This document shows positions 9,438 to 18,698 of a stretch of DNA of 64,000 nucleotides, piece after piece. Under the pieces are notes generated by a model. That model was not told where the DNA came from and made no database searches. It worked only from the letters and a program-made list of their open reading frames with translations. How positions within the stretch are numbered: position 1 is the first letter of the stretch; each line of letters opens with the position of its first letter. Source of the DNA: Candidatus Aminicenantes bacterium. GTDB lineage: Bacteria > Acidobacteriota > Aminicenantia > Aminicenantales > JAFGBC01. The translations under genes were made by a program, and so were the position numbers. The DNA lies in the NCBI GenBank assembly GCA_963702005.1, contig OY969696.1, positions 2,624,001 to 2,688,000 on the forward strand. Reading direction: 5' to 3'.

Positions 9438-10784
9438 TCAAACCCCGGCCACGGTCATCTCGGCGACCTTGATGGTCGGCCCGGCGACCGCGCTCCGGAA
9501 ATCGAGGTCGTTGCCGATGGTCTCGATATTGCGCAGGATATCGCCCAGGTTGCCGGCGATCGTGATCTCGGAGACCGGATAGGCGACGGCTCCCCCTTCG
9601 ATCCAGAGCCCGAAGGCGCCCCGCGAGATATCGCCGGTCACGGGATTGAGTCCGTGGCCCAGCGTCCTGACAAGGAGGAGTCCCTTCCCGACGGACCGGA
9701 CGATCTCCTCGGGCGACGAACGGCCCGGGCTGAGATAGAAATTGTTGGGGCCGACGCCGCCGCCGTCGCCGTTTCCGGTCGTCTCCGTGCCGAGCTTGCG
9801 CGCCGCGTAGGTGTTGGTCAGGTAGTTTTTGAGAACGCCGCCTTCGATGACCGGAGTTTTACGACAGGGGACACCCTCTGCGTCAAACGGCCTCGTCCCC
9901 GGCATCCCGGGCATCAATCCGTCGTCGAGGACCGTGATCCTCTCGTCGGCGATCCTCTCGCCCAGCTTGCCGGCCAGGAATGTCGCCCGTTGGTAGACGG
10001 CCGTTCCGGAGACGCAGCCAAACAGGAACCCGAGAAGCCAGGCGGTCATATCCGGTTCGAACACGACCGGCACGTTCTGGGTCGGGATCTTCTTCGGGTT
10101 GAGCTGGCGGACGGTGCGTTCGACGGCCTTGCGGGCGATCGCCTCGGGGCTCTCGAGGTCCCGGAACCGGCGCCGGCTCGAGGACCAGCCGTCCTCGACC
10201 AGGTCGTCGGTATCCCCGGCCTGGAGTCCGAGGCCAAGGCTGCAGTAGGTCTGATCGTATTCGCCCAGGAAGCCGTTCGAGTTGGCGAGGATGAGGCCCC
10301 CCTGGTGGGCGCTGTAGCTCGCCCCTTGGGAGTTCGTGATCCGCCGATCGGACAGGGCGATTCGTTCCGTCTCCAGGGCGAGCCCGATCTTCGTCCGCGA
10401 GGGAATCCGAGCGATTTCGGGATCATAGAGCCCGAGCGTGGAGGCCTCAATCCCGAAACGGGAGTGGGGCGGGAGGCCGGCGCATTCGTCGGGGCTGGAC
10501 AACATCGCCCTTGTCACGGCGTTCTTCATCAGGCCTTTTAAAACCGGCCAAGACAGATCCGAGGAACCCGCCGAGGCGGTCCGCCGTTCCTTGATGACGC
10601 GGAATCCGACCGACCGAGACCCGGCTTCGACGAGGCTTTCGATCGCGCCCAGGCGGACGTCGACGTGGAACTCGGAGCCGCGGCCGACATGGACCTCGAC
10701 CTCGTCGGCGCCCAGAGATTTTCCCAGCTTGACAAGGCGCTCGGCCAGCCGCCGCAGCTCGGCCCGGTCCTGGATGTCTTTCAC
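9438..10784 (-). CDS. pmbA: PmbA/TldE subunit
   Basis: FDAEG motif, PVSEITIAGNL C-terminus, no HExxH; paired with tldD. Confidence 0.9.
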   Translation of the reverse strand: MKDIQDRAELRRLAERLVKLGKSLGADEVEVHVGRGSEFHVDVRLGAIESLVEAGSRSVGFRVIKERRTASAGSSDLSWPVLKGLMKNAVTRAMLSSPDECAGLPPHSRFGIEASTLGLYDPEIARIPSRTKIGLALETERIALSDRRITNSQGASYSAHQGGLILANSNGFLGEYDQTYCSLGLGLQAGDTDDLVEDGWSSSRRRFRDLESPEAIARKAVERTVRQLNPKKIPTQNVPVVFEPDMTAWLLGFLFGCVSGTAVYQRATFLAGKLGERIADERITVLDDGLMPGMPGTRPFDAEGVPCRKTPVIEGGVLKNYLTNTYAARKLGTETTGNGDGGGVGPNNFYLSPGRSSPEEIVRSVGKGLLLVRTLGHGLNPVTGDISRGAFGLWIEGGAVAYPVSEITIAGNLGDILRNIETIGNDLDFRSAVAGPTIKVAEMTVAGV

Positions 10785-12226
10785 GCCCGGCCTCCCACCG
10801 TCATCTGGGCGATCTTGAGGGTCGGACAGCCGTCCGTGACGGGAATATCCTGACCGTCTTTGCTGCAGGTCCCGGTCTGCAGGCTGAAGGCGAGGTCCGA
10901 TCCGACCATTTCGACCTTACCCAAGATGTCGATGTTGCTGCCTATCAGGGTCGCCTGTCTGACGGGCGCGGTCAGTCGGCCGCCCTCGATCAGGTGGCCC
11001 GAAGACACGGAGAAAGTAAATTTGCCGGAATCCTCGACCTGGCCCCCCAGGAACTGCTCGGCATAAAGGCCCTTCCGGACCGAAGCGACGATCTCCTCGG
11101 GCTCATGGGCGCCGGCCGCGATGAAGATGTTCGACATCCGGGGCAGCGGCCAAAAACTGTAATCCTCGCGGCGTCCGTGTCCGGTCGGGGCCGTCTTGAA
11201 AAAGCGGGCCGAGAGGAGGTCCTGGAGCAGGCCGACGGCCTTGCCTTTCTCGATGAGAACGGTCGGCCGGGGGACGGTCCCTTCGTCGTCAATGTTGTAG
11301 GAGCCGCGGTAGCGGGGAATCGTCGGGTCGTCAATGATCGTGACCAGATCGCTCCCGACCTGTTTCCCCATCTTGTCCCAGAGGACCGACGTCTTGCGGC
11401 GGTGGAAATCCGCCTCGAGGAGATGGCCGACGGCTTCGTGGATGAGGACGCCGGCGTGGCCGGGAGCGAGAACGACGGGCATCTCACCGGCCGGCGCGTC
11501 CTGCGCGTCGAGAAGGCGGAGAGCTTCATCGGCGGCTTCCCGCCCGATCGTCCGCGGCGTCAGGGTTTCCTCGAAGTATTCGAGGCCGACCCGGCCGCCG
11601 CCGCCGTGGAATCCGGACTCTTTGCGGCCCTCCCTTTCGGCGATGGCCGAACAGCTCAATTTGATAAGGGGCCTGACATCCCGAACGCGGAGGCCCTCGG
11701 AATTGACGATGCTCACGTACTGGATGCTTTCGCCCAGCGCGGCCTTGACCTTGATGATCCTCGCATCATGGTCCCGGGCGCTTTGGTAGGCGTCCCTGAC
11801 GAGGCCGATCTTCGCGTCGAGGGGGGCCCGATGGGAGGGGACGCGGACCGGGTAAAGGCGGTGGAGGCTCCTGCGCGTTTTGAGAGACGAAACGGCCCGC
11901 GCGGCGCGCCCGGAAGCGATGGCGGCCGCCGTCTGCGCGGCGCTCTTGATCGCGGACCAGGTCGGGTCGTTCGTGAATCCGTAGCCCGTCATTTCCCCCT
12001 TGAGAACGCGGATGCCGAGGCCGAGGCTGATCGACTCGGCCGTTTCTTTAATGATGTCCTCTTCCATCAGGATGAAGCCGAAGGTCCGGTATTCGCAAAA
12101 TATTTCGGCGAAATCGCCGCCCTGGGCCAGGGCCAAGTTGAGGATCCGGAGCTCGTCCCGCTCGGTCAGCTCGAAATGATCGATGTAGGGAAGGGACCGT
12201 CCAGCCGGCGCGGTCTTCGCCCTCAT
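10781..12226 (-). CDS. tldD: TldD metalloprotease subunit
   Basis: HEAVGHLLEAD zinc motif, DDEG, PRMSN and CSKDGQ. Confidence 0.92.
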   Translation of the reverse strand: MRAKTAPAGRSLPYIDHFELTERDELRILNLALAQGGDFAEIFCEYRTFGFILMEEDIIKETAESISLGLGIRVLKGEMTGYGFTNDPTWSAIKSAAQTAAAIASGRAARAVSSLKTRRSLHRLYPVRVPSHRAPLDAKIGLVRDAYQSARDHDARIIKVKAALGESIQYVSIVNSEGLRVRDVRPLIKLSCSAIAEREGRKESGFHGGGGRVGLEYFEETLTPRTIGREAADEALRLLDAQDAPAGEMPVVLAPGHAGVLIHEAVGHLLEADFHRRKTSVLWDKMGKQVGSDLVTIIDDPTIPRYRGSYNIDDEGTVPRPTVLIEKGKAVGLLQDLLSARFFKTAPTGHGRREDYSFWPLPRMSNIFIAAGAHEPEEIVASVRKGLYAEQFLGGQVEDSGKFTFSVSSGHLIEGGRLTAPVRQATLIGSNIDILGKVEMVGSDLAFSLQTGTCSKDGQDIPVTDGCPTLKIAQMTVGGRA

Positions 12227-13257
12227 CAGAGAGATCCTTTACGCAGCCGCCTGCGTTCCCTGAGGAAGGGGACGAGTAGGACGAGAATGCTCCCGACGCC
12301 CAGGCTGTACTCACAGAGATTGGTCAAGAGATGAACGCCTATCCCGGACAGGATGGCCGTCTGGGCGTCGAAGCCGAGGAAGCCGAGGGTCAAGGCCCAG
12401 GCCGATTCCCAAGTACCGAACCCGGCCAGCCCCTTGATGGGCAGGACCGAAGTCAGTTCGGCCCCCGTCAGGCCGAGGACGCATTTCCAGAAATTAACCG
12501 CCTCGAGGCTGAAACCGCGGCTGCGAAGCAGCGCGTAGAGAAGAAAAAAGAGCGAAAAATATTTTAGGAGGCGGATAATCAGGGACATGATAAAGGTCTG
12601 CCAGAAGATCCTCCTCTGTTGAACCCAGCCCAGCGTTTCCCGGGTCGATGCGAGCTTATCCAGGGTTAGCCTGAGCCAAGGCTTTTCCTCGGCGCGGACG
12701 ATGCGCGCCGTCCGGCGCAGAAAGCGGCCGGCTAAACCCAGAGCCGGGACGAGCTTCCATAAGACGAGAGCGATGGCAAGGAAGAAGATGGCAGCGGTGG
12801 CCAGCAGGGGGGCGCTCGAGAGGACAGTCGCGCCGAAACCGACGATGAGAACGGCCGCGACCACGAACGGGCTCAAGGTCAGGAAGTCGAAGACGAAGGC
12901 CAGGATGAAGGCGGAGGACGCCAGCTCGAAGGTGTAGCCGAGCCTTCGGTTCAGGACGTAGATGAAGGACAGAGATCCTAAGCGCATCGGCAGAAGGTCG
13001 ACCAAGCTGTTCCGGATCAGGGTCGTGAGCAGGATCGGACCCCAGCCGATCTCGGTCGGCTTGAGAAACCACTTGTAGCGGAGGGCGCGCACGAACGTGC
13101 CGGCAAGCATGAGGGCCAGGTAGGCGAGGAAGGCCGGGACATGAATCTCACGGAAAACGCGGGCGACCTGACCGGGCTCGACCTGCTTCAACAGGAGTGC
13201 CATGAGCAATAACGATACGCCCAGCGAGACCGCGACGTACCTCCACTTCTTGTTCAT
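12226..13257 (-). CDS. Lysylphosphatidylglycerol-synthase-TM / flippase-like membrane protein
   Basis: Multi-TM protein with RALRYKWFL, LPMRLG and GLAGFGTWE segments typical of UPF0104/LPG_synthase_TM. Confidence 0.75.
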   Translation of the reverse strand: MNKKWRYVAVSLGVSLLLMALLLKQVEPGQVARVFREIHVPAFLAYLALMLAGTFVRALRYKWFLKPTEIGWGPILLTTLIRNSLVDLLPMRLGSLSFIYVLNRRLGYTFELASSAFILAFVFDFLTLSPFVVAAVLIVGFGATVLSSAPLLATAAIFFLAIALVLWKLVPALGLAGRFLRRTARIVRAEEKPWLRLTLDKLASTRETLGWVQQRRIFWQTFIMSLIIRLLKYFSLFFLLYALLRSRGFSLEAVNFWKCVLGLTGAELTSVLPIKGLAGFGTWESAWALTLGFLGFDAQTAILSGIGVHLLTNLCEYSLGVGSILVLLVPFLRERRRLRKGSL

Positions 13258-13266
13258 CTCCCGTGT

Positions 13267-13295
13267 ATCTTAGGAAGGGCGCCGGATTTTGTCAA
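13267..13295 (-). promoter_or_regulatory. sigma70 promoter of flippase-tldD-pmbA operon
   Basis: TTGACA-17 nt-TAAGAT. Confidence 0.65.
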
Positions 13296-13306
13296 ACCCT
13301 TCTATG

Positions 13307-13389
13307 TTGACCCGTTCGCCGACACTACCCAGCCTTGCAGTACTCATACTAAGCCGGAAACGGCTTAGTATGGGTGTCGAAGGGTTGAC
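13307..13389 (+). mobile_element. Non-autonomous IS200/IS605-like palindromic element, family 1, copy A (short)
   Basis: TTGAC-CCGTTCGCCGAC...CATACTAAGCCG-GAAA-CGGCTTAGTATG...GTCGA..TTGAC; homologous to copies at 29957, 34407, 38393 and 54905. Confidence 0.75.
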
Positions 13390-13413
13390 TTTTGGCGGGC
13401 CCGTTCCTATCAT
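13385..13413 (+). promoter_or_regulatory. sigma70 promoter whose -35 is the element end
   Basis: TTGACT-17 nt-TATCAT upstream of the 13444 ORF. Confidence 0.6.
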
Positions 13414-13443
13414 GGAGCCAGCCTGGTTCCAACGAGGAGAGAC

Positions 13444-13881
13444 ATGAATAAAATCGTCAAGTTCCTGATCATCTTCCTGATATTCGACGCCATCGTCGTA
13501 GGCGGCTATCTCCTCTACAGGAGCCAGAGCGCGCAAGCCCGGGCGGCCGCGGCCGTGGTCTGGATGACGATCGACGCCAACTACCCGCCCGCGGACGACG
13601 TCGAGGCCTACATTAAAAAAGACGCGGTCGCCAAAGGGCTGCTCCCCGTCTACATCAGGAACTTCGGACGGAACCGGAAGGTCCTGGGCCGCTTCAAGGG
13701 CACGAACTACGCTCAGGCGAGGGAAGGGGTCCTATCTGCGATGAATCCCGGGCTCGAGGATTGGAAACTCATAGAGATCAAGTACAAGAACGAGAACGGT
13801 CGAGAGGTTCAGAGGGCCGTCCTGTATGTCGAGACCAAGGGGGCTTGGAAGGTCGCCGACAGCGGGACGCTGATGGAGTAG
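13444..13881 (+). CDS. Hypothetical membrane-anchored protein
   Basis: AGGAG RBS, N-terminal TM helix, GC3-rich codon usage; no family recognised. Confidence 0.75.
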   Translation: MNKIVKFLIIFLIFDAIVVGGYLLYRSQSAQARAAAAVVWMTIDANYPPADDVEAYIKKDAVAKGLLPVYIRNFGRNRKVLGRFKGTNYAQAREGVLSAMNPGLEDWKLIEIKYKNENGREVQRAVLYVETKGAWKVADSGTLME

Positions 13882-13917
13882 GGCTTCTTCTCCCGATCAG
13901 CCCTGAAGGAGACGCGA

Positions 13918-14853
13918 ATGACGGCGAGCGGCGCGGGCATTGCCGCGAAAAAAGTCGATATCCTCATCCTGGGCGGGGGTCCGGCCGGGCTGACGGCCGG
14001 CCTCTACGCGGCCCGCGCCGGAAAAAAGACGCTCATCCTGGTGGGAAAAGCGATATCCCGCCTCGCCGTCGGCTATGAGCTTGAAAACTACCCCGGTTTC
14101 GTTTCCATCGACAGCCGCGACCTCCTCGACAAATTCCGCAAGCACGCCGAGCACTTCGGGGCCGAGATCATCCAGGGGGAGGCCATCGACGTCAACCTGT
14201 CCGGCGAGGTCAAGTACCTGACGACCAAGGACGCCTTCATCGAGGCCGGGGCCGTCATCATCGCCTCCGGGAAGCCTCTGGCGAAAGAGCGGATGATCCC
14301 GGGCGAGGAGAGGCTGCTGGGGATGGGCGTGAGCTATTGCGGGACCTGCGACGGCCCCCTTTACCGGGGGCAGCCGGTGGCCGCCGTCGGGAACTCTTCC
14401 GAGGCGGCCGAGGAGGTCCTCCAGCTCGCCGGGATGGGATGCCGAGTCCGGTGGATCCAGGGCGACGCGGAAGAATGCCGGATCCCGTCTTCCGCCCTCG
14501 AGGAATTTAAGGCCAAAGGGATTCGCCTCTCGATGAAGACCCTGGTCAAGGAGATCGCCGGAGAAAAGCGGGTCGAGAAGGTCGTCCTCGTCGACGGCGG
14601 CGTCGAACAGACGGTTGAAGTCAAGGGCTGCTTCATTTTCCGCGAGGTGCCGGCCGGGCTCCTTTTCGCCAAGGCCGGCCTAAACCTCGACCACAAGCAA
14701 TGCCTGACCGTGGACCGCTTCCAGCGGACGAACCTGGAAGGCGTCTTCGCGGCCGGCGACGTGACCTGCGGAGGCATGCAGGTCGTGTCCGCGGCCGGGG
14801 AGGGATGCGTCGCGGCCATCCAGGCCCTCCACTATCTGAGAAAGAAGGAATAG
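13918..14853 (+). CDS. Thioredoxin reductase-like flavoprotein
   Basis: GGGPAG, ENYPG, SYCGTCDG and FAAGD motifs; NADPH-binding motifs degenerate. Confidence 0.88.
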   Translation: MTASGAGIAAKKVDILILGGGPAGLTAGLYAARAGKKTLILVGKAISRLAVGYELENYPGFVSIDSRDLLDKFRKHAEHFGAEIIQGEAIDVNLSGEVKYLTTKDAFIEAGAVIIASGKPLAKERMIPGEERLLGMGVSYCGTCDGPLYRGQPVAAVGNSSEAAEEVLQLAGMGCRVRWIQGDAEECRIPSSALEEFKAKGIRLSMKTLVKEIAGEKRVEKVVLVDGGVEQTVEVKGCFIFREVPAGLLFAKAGLNLDHKQCLTVDRFQRTNLEGVFAAGDVTCGGMQVVSAAGEGCVAAIQALHYLRKKE

Positions 14854-14865
14854 GATTTTCAGCCA

Positions 14866-15699
14866 ATGCTGCCCCTGGGTACGGATCTTCTGATCGACCT
14901 CGCTATCCGGGAGGATCTTCCCAAGGGAGACCCGACTTCGGAGAGCATCGTTCCGGAGGGATCGGCTTCAAAGGGCGTCTTCCTGGCCAAGGAGGACGGC
15001 GTCTTGGCCGGGATCGACGTCGCGGGCCGAGTCTTCGAAAAGCTCGACCGCTCCGTCCGTTTCGAGAAGACCAAGGAAGACGGCGCGTCGTTCGAATTCG
15101 GCGACGTCTTGGCGACGGTGAGCGGCTCCTCCCTTTCGCTTCTCAAGGCGGAACGGACGGCCTTGAACTTCCTCCAGAGGCTCTCGGGCGTCGCCACGGC
15201 CGCGCGCGCTTTCGTCGAGGCGGTCCGGGGGACGAAGGCCAGAATCCTGGATACGCGCAAGACGACGCCGGGCTGGCGCGCCCTGGAGAAATACGCGGTC
15301 CGGATGGGGGGCGCCGTCAACCACCGGATGAGCCTGTCGGACATGGTCCTTGTCAAGGACAATCACCTGGCCCTGGCCGGCGGCGTCGACGAGGCTCTCC
15401 GACGGATCCGGGCCAAGCTCCCGCCCGGGATGGCCATCGAGGTCGAAGTCAGGAGCCTGGAGCAGGCGCGCGAAGCCCTGGAGGGCGGAGCGACCATGCT
15501 CATGCTCGACAACATGCCCCCCGAGGAGACGCGAGAGGTCGTGGACTGGGTGGCCGGCCGGGTCCCGGTCGAAGCCTCAGGCCGAATGGACCCGGAGAGG
15601 GCGCGGGCCGTCGCCCAGCTGGGCGTCGACTACATCTCGGTTGGCGCGCTGACCCACTCCTTCCGGTCGATCGACATCAGCCTCGAGTTCGAGGCCTGA
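14866..15699 (+). CDS. nadC: Quinolinate phosphoribosyltransferase
   Basis: ERTALNF, DTRKTTPG, NHR, KDNH, EVE, MLDN and EASG motifs. Confidence 0.95.
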   Translation: MLPLGTDLLIDLAIREDLPKGDPTSESIVPEGSASKGVFLAKEDGVLAGIDVAGRVFEKLDRSVRFEKTKEDGASFEFGDVLATVSGSSLSLLKAERTALNFLQRLSGVATAARAFVEAVRGTKARILDTRKTTPGWRALEKYAVRMGGAVNHRMSLSDMVLVKDNHLALAGGVDEALRRIRAKLPPGMAIEVEVRSLEQAREALEGGATMLMLDNMPPEETREVVDWVAGRVPVEASGRMDPERARAVAQLGVDYISVGALTHSFRSIDISLEFEA

Positions 15700-15719
15700 C
15701 AGGAGTCAATGCAAGAAGC

Positions 15720-17293
15720 ATGAACGCCCGCGATATCCTCGCAACCGACATCCTGGTCATCGGCTCCGGCATCGCCGGCGCCAGCGCGGCCCTTCAAGCG
15801 TCCGAGTCCGGACTGAGGGTCCTGGTTGTCAACAAGTCACCCAGATCGAGGAGTCGAATACGTTCTACGCCCAGGGCGGGATCGTCTCGCTGGGAAAGGA
15901 CGACGCTCCCGATCTCCTCGTCGACGACATCATCGAAACGGGCGACGGGACGAGCGATCCAAGGGCGGCCGCGATCCTGGCCGGGGAGGGGAAGGAGCTC
16001 GTCGACCGGATCCTGATCGAGGAGCTCGCCATTCCCTTCGCTCGGAGCGCGCCTGACGAGCTCGACTACGCCCAGGAGGCGGGTCACTCGCGGCGCCGGA
16101 TTCTCCACGTTAAAGATACGACCGGGCAGATGATCGAGGAACGGTTCATCGCCGCCCTCAAGAGACGGAAGTCCGTGACTCTGTTGGCCGACCAGACGGC
16201 CGTCGACCTCCTCACCGTTCCCCACCATTCCAAGAACCCGATCGCCTACTACCGGCCGCCGGCCTGTATCGGCGCCTATATCCTGGACAACAAAACGAGG
16301 AAGGTCCGGGCCGTCTTTGCGCCGACGACGATCCTGGCCACGGGCGGCTGCGGGGCGGTCTTCCTCTACACCTCGAACCCGCGCGAATCGATCGGGGACG
16401 GCTACGCGATGGCCCTGCGGGCCGGCGCCCGGATCGTGAACATGGAGTACATCCAGTTCCATCCGACCTCCCTCTACCACCGCGATTCCGACGGATTTTT
16501 GATCTCGGAGACCGTCCGGGGCGAAGGGGGACGGCTCAAGACCAGAGACGGCCGGACCTTCATGGAGAAGTACAGCCCCCGGCGGGACTTGGCCCCGCGC
16601 GACGAGGTCACCCGGGCCATTTACGAGGAGATGATCAGCACGAACTCACCCTACGTCCTCCTCGACCTCGCCTCTTACGCCAAGACCGATATCCGGAAGC
16701 GATTCCCCAACATCTATAAAACTTGCCTCGGCTACGGGATCAACATCGCCAAGGAGCCCATCCCCGTCGTCCCGGCCGCCCATTACTGCTGCGGCGGCGT
16801 CCTTGTCGATGAATGGGGTCAGACGACCCTTCCCGGCCTGTACGCCGTCGGCGAAGTCTCCTGCACGGGCGTCCACGGAGCTAATCGTCTCGCCTCGACC
16901 TCGCTCCTGGAGGGGCTCGTCTGGGGGACCCGGGCCGGCCGCCGGATCGCCGAGCGGTTTGAGCCGGAGATTCCCTTCAAGCGGTCCGAGATCCATCCCT
17001 GGTACTATCCGCGCAAAGAAGAGGAGATCGACCTGGCCCTCATCCAGCAGGACTGGCTGACCATCCGCTCCACCCTCTGGAACTACGCCGGGATCATCCG
17101 GACCCGGAAGCGGCTGGAACGGGCCAAGGCCGACCTCGAGTACCTCCTCCACCGGATCGAAAAATTCTACCGGGAAGCCCAGATGGACGCCAAGATCGTG
17201 GGACTCCGCAACGGAATCCTGGTCGCGCTGATGATCACGCGGGCGGCCCTCAGCAATCCCGTCTCGCGCGGCGCCCATTTCCGGAAGGACTGA
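15720..17293 (+). CDS. nadB: L-aspartate oxidase, with a -1 nt frameshift at about 15843 (probable sequence error)
   Basis: VIGSGIAG in frame from 15720; the frame after 15845 gives ESNTFYAQGG, QFHPT, ISETVRGEG, LAPRD, HYCCGG and HGANRLASTSL. Confidence 0.9.
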
Positions 17294-17298
17294 GAGGA

Positions 17299-18429
17299 CT
17301 ACTCGACCGTCTCCCTGACGACGACCCCGCGTTCGCGGAGGCCGTCAAGAAGAAACCGGACGCAAGCGGGATGGCGTCCGATGAATTCGGGAGCCGACAG
17401 GCCTTTCCGGTCGTACAAGCCTCGGGCAATCATCCTAAGGATCATAGTCGCCGTGTATCCCGTCGTCCTGGCCATGGAATGGACTCTGGTGGTGGCGTCG
17501 AAACGGTCCAGCAGGTCGAAGGTCGTTCGGAGCGTCCTCCCGGCCTTGACGCCCTCGACGACGACCCGCATGACGGTGAGGTCGCGCTCGTCTTCGGAGA
17601 GCTTCCACTTCAGGAAAAGGAGCCGTGAGGTCAGGTCCAAAGGCCGGACCCAAACGCCGGCAGCCTCGACCTTGTCCTTGCCGAAAAAGCCCGCGTCCCT
17701 GAAAACAGCTATTAGTTCGCGATGTCCCGGATAGCGGAGGGTTTTTTCTTTCATGTCGGGGATGGTCATGGTCGTCGCCAGGGTGCGCAGCCCGTCGGTG
17801 TTAAAGGCTTCGAGCGTTCCGATGCCGGGGAAATCCAGGAACTCGGGCTCGGATAGGGCAGGCCGGACGACCGGGCGTCCATTTTGGACGAGCCGGGCCG
17901 GCCTTAGGTACTCCTCGATGACGTCGGAGGGCGAAAAGACGGCCTTGTACTCAAAGGGGCGTTCCCGAACCTCGGGCAAACCGCCGACGTAGACGGCCGC
18001 CGACCGCGTTTCGTCGAGGCCGCCTTGGACGTGTCCGATCAAGACATTGCTCAGGCCCGGGGCGACTCCGCAGTCGACAACGGCCTGGACGCCGGCTTTT
18101 TCGGCGGCCGCCGACAGAGCGAAGGGATCTTCGGGAAAAAAGGCGATGTCGACGACGGATTTCCCGGCTTCGATGACGGCCCGCAGCGTTTGGAAACCCA
18201 GGGCGCCGGGGACCGCGCTCAGGACCAGGTCGAAATCCTTGACGAGAGCTTTGACGGCGCGGGGAACGGACAGGTCCTTGCGGACGGTCCCAACGCCGTG
18301 TTTTCGGCGCAGGGCATCCAGCGTTTCTTGGTTGATATCGGCGACGGAGACTTCAAAATCGGGGTCGGAGGCGAGGTCGGCTGCCATCGGGCCTCCGACC
18401 AAGCCCCCTCCCAGCACGATGATTTTCAT
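17299..18429 (-). CDS. Saccharopine dehydrogenase / lysine 6-dehydrogenase family protein
   Basis: GGGLVG Rossmann fold, DCGVAPGLSN, VGGLP, TDGLRT, KTLRYPGH and MARTTG motifs. Confidence 0.85.
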   Translation of the reverse strand: MKIIVLGGGLVGGPMAADLASDPDFEVSVADINQETLDALRRKHGVGTVRKDLSVPRAVKALVKDFDLVLSAVPGALGFQTLRAVIEAGKSVVDIAFFPEDPFALSAAAEKAGVQAVVDCGVAPGLSNVLIGHVQGGLDETRSAAVYVGGLPEVRERPFEYKAVFSPSDVIEEYLRPARLVQNGRPVVRPALSEPEFLDFPGIGTLEAFNTDGLRTLATTMTIPDMKEKTLRYPGHRELIAVFRDAGFFGKDKVEAAGVWVRPLDLTSRLLFLKWKLSEDERDLTVMRVVVEGVKAGRTLRTTFDLLDRFDATTRVHSMARTTGYTATMILRMIARGLYDRKGLSAPEFIGRHPACVRFLLDGLRERGVVVRETVE

Positions 18430-18602
18430 GTTTATCCTCCTCAGTGATGGTCCAAAGACGGATGGAACGGGTGATTAAAACGGACCGGGGGAGGAAAGCC
18501 TTACAGGCCGCTAAAGAGGTTCATGACCAGGACGAGCCGGTCGCGGCAACCGGCGCTCGCCGCTGCCGAGCCGTCCCTGATCGGCGAGGATATCATATTT
18601 TT

Positions 18603-18631
18603 ATTTTAGGGCGGAACCGTCCTCCGGTCAA
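18603..18631 (-). promoter_or_regulatory. sigma70 promoter, divergent from ileS
   Basis: TTGACC-17 nt-TAAAAT. Confidence 0.65.
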
Positions 18632-18648
18632 GCTCGGGCCTCCCGACA

Positions 18649-18676
18649 TTGACATTTCAGCCCGGTCGGATAAAAT
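18649..18676 (+). promoter_or_regulatory. sigma70 promoter of ileS operon
   Basis: TTGACA-16 nt-TAAAAT. Confidence 0.65.
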
Positions 18677-18698
18677 AAATTGATTTAGGGAGTTTCGC

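Noticed and set aside
9438-13257. RiPP cluster around tldD/pmbA with nitroreductase and MFS
   Set aside because: No precursor peptide, YcaO or RRE protein; the nitroreductase and MFS are a separate convergent operon.
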